Assembly (NCBI RefSeq): GCF_006345805.1
Contig: NC_042997.1
Span: forward strand, 121,210,001-121,274,000
Origin: Octopus sinensis
Taxonomy: Eukaryota
DNA length: 64,000 nt
Direction of reading: 5' to 3'
A program made the translations under genes and the position numbers. Below the pieces are notes generated by a model. It ran no database searches. It was not told where the DNA came from and saw only the letters and a program-made list of their open reading frames with translations. Shown here piece by piece: positions 30,066 to 43,185 of the stretch. Every line of letters begins with the position of its first letter. Within the stretch, counting starts at the first letter, position 1.

Positions 30066-30200
30066 TTACACACGGATGTATGTTTCTCTGTGAACATATA
30101 CTTACATATATATGTACATATATGCATACACACACACATTTATATATGTGTATGTGCATGTTTATGGACATATGTATATATATATGTATGTATGTATGTA

Positions 30201-30270
<70 letters not shown>

Positions 30271-30820
30271 TGACATGTTGTAAGTGTATATTGACGATAA
30301 AAAGCTCTTAATGCATGAAGTAGAATTTAATTATGTGCCCAGATAAACAAATAGAGTTCGTTTTGTTGTCTGCTCTCGTACTGCGGAAGTCAATGTAACG
30401 GTAGAAAGATTCACCAGTTTTGAATAAGTCAGTTTGTGTGTGTGTGTGTGTTTATGTGTTTGCGTGTGTGTGTGCGTGTGTGGTGTGTGTGTGTGGTGTG
30501 CGGTGTGTCTGGTGTGTGTCATGTGGTGTCTGTGTTTAAGTGTATATCTGTGTGTGCGTTTGTTATGTTTATGTGTGTGGGAGTGTGTTTCCGTTTCTAT
30601 GTCTGTGCATCTCTATATGAATGACTATTTTAATATTACATGTATTGCACTGTAAGTCCTTGCACAAACATTTGTCATTTATCGTTTTGAAAATTAAATA
30701 GTTTTGTTATGTACATTGCGTATAACACAGATCTGCTCTTCCGAGTAGTAATATCAATATATATTGCAATAGAAACGCACGCGAGCATAAACACACATAT
30801 ACAGATATACATATATATGC

Positions 30821-31382
30821 AAAATTAAGAGGAATGACCACTACAGTGGACTCCTAACATGCTAAATATAGACGTCAAATCGCCATTTCCACGAAGAGTG
30901 TGTTCTCAAGTAAAAAAAAAAATCAGCAAACGCTAAAATGCAAAAATGAGCAAGCGAAATGAAACTTTATGAAATAAAAAACGATTACCGACGTACCATG
31001 GTTTCACTTGTTAATATTTACGTATGTAAATATATGCAAGATCATCAGCGTAGTCTGTCGCATACAAAACACAATTTCCAGAGCTAAACACAAAACGCTC
31101 ACCCGAGAGAGGGCATGTATAAAGTTCTACAAAATATATTTGAGTGTATTTTCAAATGTCTTCACGTTCGCGCACTGAGGCCGGAAATAACTCTGCAGTT
31201 AATAAACTCTTCGTGGTAAGAGATATTTGACGTCTATATTTAGCATATTAGGTGTCCACTTTAGTGGTCATTTCTCTTAAATTTGTATGCAATATAATTT
31301 TTAATCTTCGGATTTTTTTTAAATATGCTAAGCCACTGGTTTTAATTGATTAATATCAATTTCTACCCTCATTATTTAATTT
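30821..31382. mobile_element. Fold-back element (family of 1595-1958) with an internal hammerhead
   Basis: Inverted arms 30821-30899 and 31206-31284. Terminus ...ttctaccctcattatttaattt at 31382. Confidence 0.8.
30991..31051 (-). ncRNA. Type I hammerhead ribozyme fold (minimal, U10.1/U11.1)
   Basis: Minus: acg CUGAUGA u cuug...caag u GAAA c caug g UA cgu. Palindromic stem III ACCAUGGU, predicted cleavage after A30994, stem I only 3 bp. Confidence 0.6.
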
Positions 31383-33120
31383 GTAATTTTATATATATAT
31401 ATGTGCATATATATATATATGTGTGTACATATATTTCTGTATGTATGAATATGTATTTGTATGTGTCTATATACACATACATATATGTGAGTGTGTCTGC
31501 GTGTATGCACGCGCTTATTTGCAACGCCGGCATATGAATACGAAAATACGCATGTGTATATAAGGAGCATATTGTTAGGTGAGTGATATCAAGCAAAATG
31601 CATGCCAGAACAAACGGAAACCAGACCTTGGTTTGTCGTTCTGCAACAGAGAAAAATTCACTTCTGACCGCTTTTGACCACTAATGCCCATTGGCATGGA
31701 TATCGTAGCTTCTTACTTATCAAGGGAAAAGAGAAAAATATGTTTTTGCGCATTCAAATATTTATAAATTCGTCTCTATACACAATGTGTATATCCATAT
31801 CTATGTGTATAATATATCTGCATATTTTATATGTTTTGTATGTCATTTGTATACAAATGTTGCTTATATCTAAAGTGAATGTTTGAATTATGATTATATA
31901 TATGAGTTTTATGCCTTTGAGTTCGTGTGAGTTCTATGTAATTGTGTGTTTCTGTATATATGTATGAATATGCTTATAAGTTACATACTGTGCATGTATG
32001 AAGGAGAATGATGTTTAATATGTATAAAGAATATTCAGATAGCTAAATGAGAGGGAAGGGGGGAATCGTGTAATAGATAAATGAAAGAAACAAAACAATT
32101 TCTAAAGAAAAATACCGAAAGTGGGAATAGTATGGTAATTCATAAATAGACGTTTATAGGAATTCTTGTATTACAATAGCGAAACCACATCCCGAATAGA
32201 GATACATAAAGGAGAAGCGAACAAACAAAAATTATAGAAAACAGAAAGATAAGTGCCATCTCTGCATCAAATCATATACGAGCATTTGTGGTAAAAACTG
32301 GCTTCTGTAAGATGAATGAAAGACTTAGTGTAAATGATAGTAGGTGCGATAAGAACGCCAACAAGTAACATCGATGTAAAACATTAGTGTTTATGTGAGT
32401 GTGAATGTGGTTCTTAATGTGAAAGTGGTGAATAAAAGGGGATAAAATTCCCAATTGCTAGTGCCTGAATATAATGAAAGAGGGGTATTTAGATTGCGTT
32501 TTATGTGTAAACATGATGCCACAAGCGGGAAGAATGTGAATACGTATTGAATATCTGGTTTAGATTTACGAACACTTCATTGAAATGTGTATTTTATGTA
32601 TAATTCATAACTCAGTATCAGAGTTAGTGAGAAACACAGCTGTATGTTATCTATGAAGAAACCTTGTAGTCTGGTTTCAATATTCGTTTAGAAAGAGTTA
32701 ATTTCTCAAATGTTCAAATATTAGGGCAAAATATATGTTTAACCGACTGTTTCCGAAATTCCTGAAACTGTAACCTCAATGGTTATATCCGTGTATAAGA
32801 AACGTTCTAACTAACATGATTAAGTCTCTTGCGGCCCCAACAATAACCTGATGCTTCTTATGATGTTTCAGGTAATAATATATTTCAAGAGGCATTATGA
32901 ATTCTCTGTAGCCAGTAGTAAAGCCTATCACGTGAGTTCTTCACATGTAAATGTCTGGTCAATTACAAAAATGTATATATATTTATCTCTCTGAAACTTT
33001 CCTACTTATTTTAGGAGTTATGTAACCAATATACAAGTGTATCTAAATATATATATCAACAGATCTAAGCATACTATCTTACATGAATATACGGACATAA
33101 ATATAAAAGTTGCATGTATG

Positions 33121-33160
<40 letters not shown>

Positions 33161-33161
<1 letters not shown>

Positions 33162-33598
33162 CAATTAAGGATAACTTCTTAATAAGGGATCTTAACAAGA
33201 AATTATCAGGTAGTTAGCGTAAAAACCTCATAAAAGAAAAGAATTCGAAAATAATTTTTTTCTTTTGAACAAATTAATTATATCTATATTGTATAGAGGG
33301 CATTAATACACATAAATGCCTCACACTAAGAGGGACAAAGTCATTACTACGTCTGTTCGTCTTCGCTAGGTAAGGTTGGTGGTTTATTTATGATGTGTTC
33401 AGAATCAGTTCTGCTGAGGATCATAAGACGTAAGTTAAATGTGAAATCACGGTGATACAGAACTAAATTCATTTTTTAAATGTCTTGCTTTGAAGAGCTG
33501 CCTTTAGGTATGATTAGTGTAATTTTGATAGCAATGACTTTGTCCCTTTTAGTGTGAGGCATTTATGTGTATTAATGCCCTCTATACAATATATATAT
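33161..33598. mobile_element. Fold-back element with an internal hammerhead
   Basis: Starts after (TA)n with acaattaagg. Inverted arms 33285-33349 and 33529-33593 (65 bp, 2 mismatches). Confidence 0.8.
33402..33470 (+). ncRNA. Type I hammerhead ribozyme fold
   Basis: gaat c agttctg CUGAGGA(33414-20) u cat...atg u GAAA(33443-46) tca cgg tga UA(33456-57) cagaact aa attc. Stem I is a perfect 7 bp plus 4 bp. Confidence 0.72.
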
Positions 33599-33603
33599 TG
33601 TAT

Positions 33604-35335
33604 AGCAGAGCTCACCAAGGCTGTTGACTCCCTAGCAAGAAATAAGGTTCCGGGAAAAGACGGCATCCCCTCAGAGATCATCAAAGCCGGCAAAAACACC
33701 ATCCTGCTTCAGCACCTTCATGAGCTTCTGTGTCAGTGCTGGGAAGAGGGTACATTCCCTCAGGATATGCGGGATGCCAACATCATTACGCTCTACAAAA
33801 ACAAAGGTGACCGTGGTGATTGTAACAATTATCGTGGTATATCCCTTCTAAGCACTGTTGGAAAGACCTTTGCCCGCGTTATCCTGGCCAGGCTACAACT
33901 ACTTGCTTCTCGAATCTATCCGGAATCGCAGTGTGGCTTTAGAAGAAGCAGATCAACTATCGATATGATATTCTCCATACGCCAACTTCAGGAGAAGTCC
34001 AGAGAGCAGAAAATGCCATTATATATGGCCTTCATTGATCTAACAAAGGCTTTTGACTCGGTAAGCAGAACAGGCCTCTTCCTCCTGCTCCAAAAAATCG
34101 GATGTCCACCAAAGCTGCTGAGGATCATCAAGTCTTTCCATGATGACATGCAAGGCACCATACAGCACAACGGTTCAACATCAGCCGCCTTCCAAATAAA
34201 AAACGGGGTAAAGCAAGGCTGTGTCCTCGCTCCTACATTGTTTGGCATCTTCTTCTCACTCTTACTGTCACATGCCTTTCAGACATCAGATGATGGAGTG
34301 TTTCTGCACAGTAGAAGTGACGGGAAACTGTTCAATCTCTCGCGCCTGCGTGCCAAGACCAAAATCAGAAACGTCCTGATCAAGGAGATGTTATTTGCTG
34401 ATGATGCCGCTCTGGTAACACACACAGAAGAAGCCCTCCAAAGGCCCATTAACTGTTTTGAGCAAGCATGTAACGACTTTGGCTTAGCTATCAGCCTTAA
34501 GAAGACCAACATCATGGGCCAGGCTACATCGGACATCCCAAACATACATATTGGAGACCACAGATTACAAGAGGTGGAGAAGTTTACCTATCTGGGCTCT
34601 ACCGTCACCTACAACCTATCCCTTGACGCTGAGCTCAATATACGCATTGGCAAGGCAGCTGCTGCGATGGCCCAACTCTCCAAACGGGCTTGGGACAACA
34701 ATAAGCTGACCAAGACCACAAAAATGAAGATCTACCAGGCATGTGTACTCAGCACTCTACTGTATGGAAGCGAGACCTGGACGCTATACACACGCCAAGA
34801 GCGTCGCCTAAACATCTTTCACCTGCGCTGCCTCCGAAAAATCCTCCATATCAAATGGCAGAATCATATCCCCAACAAAGATGTCCTCAGGCAAGCAGGA
34901 ATACCAAGCATGTTTGCACTCCTCACACAAAGACGTATGAGATGGCTTGGGCATGTTAGCCGTATGAAAGATGGCAAAATCCCCAAGGACATACTCTACG
35001 GAGAGCTTGCTAGGGGTACTAGGTCTGTGGGTAGACCGATCCTACGTTACAAGGATGTTTGCAAAAGGGATATGAAGGCCTGCAACATCAACATTAGCGG
35101 TTGGGAGGCAGTCGCCGGCAACCGTGGAAAATGGCGACGTACAGTAAAAGAAGGTATACAGAGGAGTGACAGAAAGAGAGAGGAGAAATGGAAAGAAAGG
35201 AAGAGACATAAACAAGAGACCATGGCACTACAACCAGCCAGGAACAGTCTTCGCTACATTTGCAGTACCTGCCAGAGGGAGTGTTTGTCCAGGATAGGAC
35301 TACACAGCCACAGCAAGAAATGTAACAGGAAATGA
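33604..35335 (+). CDS. RTE-clade LINE reverse transcriptase, 5'-truncated, ORF uninterrupted
   Basis: DCNNYRGISLLS, PESQCGFR, FIDLTKAFDSV, GVKQGCVLAPTLF, MLFADD, FTYLGS, LLYGSETW and WLGHV motifs, with a C-terminal C2H2-like CSTCQRECLSRIGLHSH. The first 17 aa of the listed ORF (33554) come from the upstream fold-back arm. Confidence 0.95.
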
Positions 35336-35430
35336 GATATAACAGCCGGACTAGACCTAGAAAAATAAAAATTAAAAAAAAAATGCGCAACTCCATTGTC
35401 TCCCGAGACAGAAAGGATGCCAATACAATA
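33604..35430 (+). mobile_element. 5'-truncated RTE LINE insertion
   Basis: ORF plus 3' UTR ending ccattgtctcccgagacagaaaggatgc(caata)x3. Candidate 15-bp TSD atacaatatatatat at 33584-33598 and 35428-35442. Confidence 0.9.
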
Positions 35431-35432
35431 CA

Positions 35433-35487
<55 letters not shown>

Positions 35488-35509
35488 GCATATTCTTCTA
35501 TGTTTTTAT

Positions 35510-35735
35510 TCTTTTACTTATATCACTCATTTTGACTGCGACCGTGCTGGGGCACCGCCTTTAATCGAACGAATCGACCCCAGGACTTATTCGTTGTAAG
35601 CCTCAGTACTTTTTCTATCTGTCTTTTGCCAAAACGCTAAATTATGGGGATGTTAACGAACCAGCATCTGTTGTCTAGTGTTGGCGGAGGAGGAGGTCAA
35701 ACACATACACACACGCATATAGATATAACAAGCCC

Positions 35736-35769
<34 letters not shown>

Positions 35770-35910
35770 GACAGGCTTCTTTCAGTTTCTGTCTTCCAAA
35801 TCCATTCACAAAGCTTTGGTCGGCCTGGTTATATAGTAGAGGATACTTACCCAAGGTGCCACACAGTGGGACTGAACCCGGAATCAGGTACCACAAAGCC
35901 ACGCCACACC
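35510..35910 (-). mobile_element. SINE family A
   Basis: Family tail and body on the minus strand; head partly lost. Confidence 0.8.
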
Positions 35911-35975
35911 TTCGCCTATATATGGCCACATATGTCGAGATATTCTGGATATGGAAAATGGTCTGTCCAATTATG

Positions 35976-36267
35976 TCCAAAATAATGAAAAAAAAACAAT
36001 TCGGGAGTTATAGAAAGATTAACAAAGTCATTTGATTACATAGACTATGGAAAGTGCGAGTAAAACATATCTCAGTGGTTATAGGTGCATTAGTAACTAC
36101 GCCAAAGAGTTCAATAGACGGATAGACGAAATAGGCATAAAACCTAGTTTAGTATAACTTCAGGAAACAGTGTTACTAGGGACATCTAAGATACTTAGGA
36201 GGGTATCTTGTTGTAGCCTGATGTTTGGTATTTTTCTGTTCCAGCAGTCTAATTTGATGGGCATATG

Positions 36268-36346
<79 letters not shown>

Positions 36347-36437
36347 TATAAAAGCTTATAAACCGGATATTATAAAAGATCAGGCCAAAAAGGTGTGTTT
36401 GTTAATTGACATGAGTATTCCTTGTGATCACGATATA
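35976..36437 (+). repeat. Near-identical duplicate of 38747-39214 (two RLE LINE pieces plus the (TAA)n between them)
   Basis: Sequence matches almost base for base from tccaaaataatg to gatcacgatata, offset about 2.77 kb. A partial third copy is at about 37732-37835. Confidence 0.9.
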
Positions 36438-37375
36438 ATGTTTACATGAACGTATTCATATAAGAAACATTATGCCTTGTAGTGCTGTCTCTGGATTCTA
36501 GAGAACATCTATAGAGACAAACTTAAAATTAATATAGTGTAGTGTTCTGTTACAGGTAATATGAAGTACAGAGTACTCTATCAACCAGTGAAAGCGTTAT
36601 ATCTACTTACCGAAGACAATAAGTCTTTATACGACAGGCTTTCATATAGTTCCAGACTTTTATGTTTTCGTCTGCTAAATTTATTTCACAAAACTTTATT
36701 AATATTACATTATCATATAAGAAATTTGCCCAAGCTACCGCAGGATGTCACCGAACTGTCAGTTATGTAGATACCATCAAAGCAAGATATTTCTAATTTC
36801 TATTTCTATGTAAAACTGCATTTACGTAAGTCGCATAATGCTGAACGATCATAGACGAGAATAAGGAATGAACTTCAAAGACATGTAAAAACATGTTCAA
36901 AACACATTATTGATTGTTTCTTTAACATTCATGAAAATGTCTTCTTCGACTAATCATTCAATTTATTGTGTGAATATAAGTTGCACAATACAAATGCTTC
37001 TCCCTATCCAGTTATTCATGTAATCTCTTAATTATCATTATTGAAACGAGCAATTTTGAGAACGGCTGTCGCGTTTCTGAAAGTAACATAATGCCAATAT
37101 GATTTCTATACTATGATCTTCCAAATGTCAACTCAGCTGTGCATATATAAAGAGATATCCGAATTTCGAACTAACATTTCCCCATCTTATCATTCCGCGG
37201 TTGTGTCTTTCCAGTAGACCCGTAAAAAGTTCTTACAAAGATTCATTTGTCACGCACTCACACACACATATATATGCATTTACGCGTATAAAAGCTCAAA
37301 TATATGTCTTTTATGTGTACACATTGATACTTACAGAGGCACATGTAAATCTATGCTTGTGCCTGTGTGCATACG

Positions 37376-37416
<41 letters not shown>

Positions 37417-37877
37417 ACTTGGAGAAGAGAAATAGAGAAATAACGCGTGCGTTGGGTCATATAGTAATATAATAAATAAATAAAATATATGCATATATAC
37501 ATATATGTATATACTTACATCTACATGTATATATACATGTATATATACATGCATATATATATATATATATAATATTAGGGAATAAATCCTAACTTACAGG
37601 GAAAAATTAGATTTAGGATTAAATCCAATTTTATAGTATAAATATATTATATTATATTATATTAAATTAGAGATAAAACCACTATTAGGGAAATCAAACA
37701 GTGAAAGACATAAGCCAATACATAAAATACATTCCAAAATAATGAAAAAAAAACAATTCGAGAGTTATAGAAAGATTAACAAAGTACCAGGAAGTAGTCA
37801 TTTGATTACAGAGACTATGGAAAGTGAGAGTAAAACATATATATATATATATACGTGCACTCCTAGGTCAGAAACGC

Positions 37878-38010
<133 letters not shown>

Positions 38011-38496
38011 CATATAACGTGTATATGAGTGGAGTGCCTGTTTATCAGAATATTGTCTTGCTCGCTTGTCTGACGAAAATCATCGACACATACATGTTTC
38101 CATACAACAGTTCTAAATATAGGCAAGCGAAATCTGTAATCCACGATAGGCACTCGTGAAGTAGTTCCAAATTTTGCATTCTTATATGTAACAGCAATAT
38201 CTATCTACATATCTAGATTTATATACATATACTTACATATATTTACATATACAACATATACACACCTTTATATGCATAAACAAAAAAGAAATAGTGATAC
38301 ATAAACTCAATTTATATTTACCTATATACAGGGAGGTCAAAATTCACGCACAAGTTCAATATTCTCCAGAATTGTCAACGACATACCTTAATTTTTCTAA
38401 GATTGAATAAAATAAATCTAATTATGATGAATAAACATGTACTTGTACATGATGGAAAAGTTAATGGTAATGATGACTACAATGATGATGATGATG

Positions 38497-38538
<42 letters not shown>

Positions 38539-38674
38539 TAATAATAATAATAATAATAATAACAATAATAATAATAATAATAATAATATTGGTAGAATGA
38601 TAATAATAATGATAATATGATAATAGAGTAACAAAAGCTTGAATGCCTGATTTAGTTGAGAATGGCATGAGTAA

Positions 38675-39000
38675 TAGAAGCTAGAAGGCCTGATTTACTA
38701 GTAGTAGATGAAGAGAATAGAAAGTGTCAGATAATTCACTTTACATTCCAAAATAATGAAAAAAAAAACAATTCGGGAGTTATAGAAAGATTAACAAAGT
38801 CATTTGATTACATAGACTATGGAAAGTGCGAGTAAAACATATCTCAGTGGTTATAGGTGCATTAGTAACTACGCCAAAGAGTTCAATAGACGGATAGACG
38901 AAATAGGCATAAAACCTAGTTTAGTATAACTTCAGAAAACAGTGTTACTAGGGACAGCTAAGATACTTAGGAGGGTATCTTGTTGTAGCCTGATGTTTGG
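38675..39000 (+). mobile_element. R4/Dong-like RLE LINE 3' fragment
   Basis: RPDLLVVDEENRKCQII...RLWKVRVKHISVVIGAL...LQKTVLLGTAKILRRV, flanked by (TAA)n. Confidence 0.75.
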
Positions 39001-39039
39001 TATTTTTCTGTTCCAGCAGTCTAATTTGATGGGCATATG

Positions 39040-39102
<63 letters not shown>

Positions 39103-39124
39103 TAATAATAATAATAATAAAAAT

Positions 39125-39470
39125 ATAAAAGCTAATAAACCGGATATTATAAAAGATCAGGCCAAAAAGGTGTGTTTGTTAATTGACATGAGTATTCCTT
39201 GTGATCACGATATAGCGGCGAAAGAATTTGACAAGAACAGTAAATATAAAGACTTGCTAATAGAAATTGAAAAGATGTGGTATCTCAAGGTGATTATAGT
39301 ACCAGTGATTCCAGGAACTCTAGGAATGATAAAAGAAGGAGCTGAAACATATTTGAAAATGATACCAGGCTTACCATTCCTACAGAAAGTGCAAAAAAAT
39401 CGTATTAACTGGAAGGACTCACGTAATGAGAAGAGCATTATCGCTGTGAAAATAACATCCATTCATAAAT
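39125..39470 (+). mobile_element. R4/Dong-like RLE LINE 3' fragment
   Basis: NKPDII...KVCLLIDMSIPCDHDIAAKEFDKNSKYKDLLIEIEKMW...VPVIPGTLG (PD-(D/E)xK endonuclease), directly after (TAA)n. Confidence 0.85.
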
Positions 39471-39689
39471 TTATTTATTTATTTTTTTTTTTAAATACAT
39501 AATTTACCTGTGAATCTGCGTGTGTAATCTGTGAATGCATATAATGAGCTTCTCTGCCCTAGGTGTACGGAAAACACTCGGCGAGAAACAGAAGAAAATT
39601 TGAAGAAAGAAGGGAAAACAGGTGAACCTTAGGGATGAACAAGTATCTCTGCTGCGTCGCATTTGTAATAGAATGCGCGAAACCATTGC

Positions 39690-40315
39690 CCATATCGCAA
39701 ACGAATGCCATAGATTTGCCCCAAATCATTACAAGTTGTGATGACACAATTAGGTAGCGAAAGTGCTACCCTGGAAACTGCGGAAAGTGTGAGCTAGTTT
39801 GAGCCCAGACGTGGTATGAGCACAAACGGTAGAGAGTAGCGGAGTCGGAGACTAGCAAAATCTTCTGGGATTTCCCAATGCAAATAAATCAGGTGCTAGA
39901 GCAAAACATACAGGAACTGGTGGTCGTAGAGAAGGTGCACCGCAAATGCTATATAGTTGATGCTGCAAGCCACTTTGAGCCACAATAATGAAGAAGGAAG
40001 GCGAAAAGATAGACAGATACAAACCTCTTAAGTAAGAAATAGCCCGGCAATGGAAAATGAAGACGTTGAACATAGTGTAAACTTTTGTTAGGTCCTTGGG
40101 GTCAGAATCATAAAGCGGCAAAGGGATTATAAAGGAAATTGGAATAGAATTCTTAGAACTGTTACAAAAGATTTGCCTCCTTGACACGGCCGGAATAATC
40201 AAGAAATTATTAGATAGCAGAAAAGAACAGGTAACACGGTACCGTAGGGTGCAGGTAGCAAGCTCGCTACGCATGCAAGACTCCAGCAGTTCCTACGAAA
40301 CTTGAGATGAAAAGA
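39690..40315 (+). mobile_element. R4/Dong-like RLE LINE 3' fragment ending in (TAA)n
   Basis: WYEHK...KIFWDFPMQINQV...KCYIVD...KEGEKIDRYKPLK.EIARQWKMK; the 3' UTR runs into (TAA)n/(GAT)n at 40316-40494. Confidence 0.75.
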
Positions 40316-40328
40316 AATAATAATAATA

Positions 40329-40360
<32 letters not shown>

Positions 40361-40361
40361 G

Positions 40362-40432
<71 letters not shown>

Positions 40433-40448
40433 TATAATAATAATTATA

Positions 40449-40496
<48 letters not shown>

Positions 40497-40849
40497 AAAA
40501 ACGTCAAATATTTTGGCCCACTCTCTATGTATGTATATATGTATGTATACAGGAACTATTTATACAGGTGGCTTCAGGGTCAGGGATTTGACTGCTATTT
40601 CAGCATGGTGGTATCTCTCAGATACCCTGATTTATAGTTTTAAATAATTATTACCTTTGTATGGTATTTATTCCCATGCTGGCCACTTGATAAGATCGAG
40701 ATTTAAATATCGATAGTATCCTTATTTATAAATTTATATATTTTGACCATATCGCGCTGGGAGCTGTTTGGCGGGCAATTTAAGCTGGTCTTGTACATAC
40801 GTGCATATATATGTATGTATGGATGTTCGTATATGTCTGCAGCTGAATT

Positions 40850-41480
40850 CTGTTTTTAAATGACTTGCTTCGAGAGTTTGCATTCGGTACGATATGCTTA
40901 TTTTTTTTTTTTCTCAATAACTGTATTCACATGCTTCCTGAAACTTGCGCAAGTGTTCCTCAAATATTCGGGTGACACCTTCTCCCATTCTTCTTTAATG
41001 GTATCTTTAAGAGAGTCGACGTTTCTGTGTGATGTTCTATTGGTAGCATGTTCTAAAATGCCCCAAATAGCATAATCCAGAGGGTTTAGATCTGGACTAG
41101 AAGGCGACCATAAACATGATTCCAAAAAATTACTAAAGTTGGATTTGCAGAAATCTTGTATTCTTCTAGCTCTGTGAGCTGGAGGACCATCCTGTGTCCA
41201 TATTTAATTACCATCTGAGTCATTTGCTTTAAGGCATGGCAATACCTGGTATCTCAAAGTCTTGTAGTAAGTAATAACATTGATCTTTTCATCAGCTTTG
41301 TACAATTTTATTGGCATGTTCTTTCCATCGGAAGCCACAACACCAAAAGCCATAACTTGAGCAGGATGTTTTGTTTTGAATGTCCCCCTAATCTCAGCTG
41401 TTGATTTTGCGATAAATCTCTCATTTCTGCAGTTCAGAACAGCATCAACAGTGAAGATCTTTTCACACCATTCTGACCTC
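40850..41480 (-). pseudogene. maT-family (DD37D) transposase fragment
   Basis: Minus: EKIFTVDA...VMAFGVVASDG...WTQDGPPAH...WSPSSPDLNPLDYAIW, with 37 residues between the second and third D. Confidence 0.82.
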
Positions 41481-41794
41481 TAAAGACCGATCCCCAAAAC
41501 AACTGAACCTTGAAAGAGAACCAAAAACTTCTTTTCAATTCCACATTGCTCTTCCTTCCCCCACCGAAACACACCTCCTACACTGTCCCTTGAAATAGAA
41601 AATAGTCTTTTACTATAAAATGGTGAAACAGGTCAGTTCATCCCAAATTCTTTGTAAACTAATTATACCTCCTTCTGTGTATATATTTACCACCAAAATA
41701 TGACCTTTTTGAACTTATAATTTTCTGTGTATATATATAGATGCTTCCAAACAAACATGATTTCTAATGAAATCCTAATATCTTTGATGAATTT

Positions 41795-42010
41795 TTAATA
41801 ATTTCACAAGATTTTTTCTGTAAACTGTTTATAACATTCATATCAAAGAATGTATATATGTATTGTAATTTTTTGTACCTAATACATTAATGAACATTTT
41901 AATATTTTCCCAAGATTTTTCCTTGTAAACTGCTTTTAACATATCATTATTATCAAAGCATGTATATATGTATTGTAATATTTTGTGACAATCAGTACCT
42001 AACACAATAA
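41795..42010. repeat. Imperfect tandem duplication (about 105-bp unit)
   Basis: caagatttt...tgtaaactg...atcaaag(a/c)atgtatatatgtattgtaat occurs twice. Confidence 0.65.
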
Positions 42011-42149
42011 AACTTCTACATGTTACTTTTGACAGTGTATTTCTAAAAAAGTTAAACCGGTCAAGTGATTAAACATTTTTTGGAATTGCATTTTCAAACA
42101 CTCTTTCATATATAATTCCACTCGTGCGGTACCTTACAACTTCAATTTG

Positions 42150-42275
<126 letters not shown>

Positions 42276-42366
42276 GTATTATGTATGTATGTATGTATGT
42301 ATGTATGTATGTGTGTGTACATATATATATATATATGAATATATATACATATATATACACACACAT

Positions 42367-42414
<48 letters not shown>

Positions 42415-42442
42415 ACAAATGAAATATTTATATATAAATTAT

Positions 42443-42740
42443 GGAGGTGGAAATAGTACAGAAGTAAGTGGATGACATTTCAATTCAGGAGAGAATTTAA
42501 TAAAAATTATTTTGAAAATTATGATGAGTCGCATCTTATAAAATATCAGTAAAGTTATAATAAATAGATGGAAAAACATTTTATCTTCTGTCTGCGGGTC
42601 AAGAACATATCTGATATTTGATAAGATGAGATTCATCGAAGCTGGTAATATTTTCTTTATATAACGTTTTAACCCATTTTTATTGAATTCCCTCTTAAAT
42701 TAAAATATTTGAGATGTACTTCTGTACTATTTCCACCTCC
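42443..42740. mobile_element. Old fold-back element with a degenerate hammerhead in its arms
   Basis: Perfect 24-bp outer IR (42443-42466 and 42717-42740); imperfect homology extends inward to 42549 and 42611. Confidence 0.65.
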
Positions 42741-43144
42741 ACCTTTTAAATATATGTACATATGTGTGTGTTTATGTATATGTATATACATACGTTTATA
42801 TATATGTGTATATGTGTATATGTAGACATATGTATATATATGTGTGTGTGTATATATGTGTGTATATATGTATGTATATATATGTGCGTATACATATGTA
42901 TATTTATATACGTATATATATATACATATATACACACACACATTTATATATATATATTTATATATATATATATATATAAATATATATATATACAGGTATG
43001 TATATGTATATGTTCGTGTGTGAGAGAGAGGGGAGAGAGGGAGAGAAAGACTGTGTGAACACACACATATACATATATATTTCATAATGTGCGTGTTTGT
43101 GCATGTGTGTGCGTATGTGTGTGTGTGTGTGTTTGCAGCAGTGT

Positions 43145-43185
<41 letters not shown>

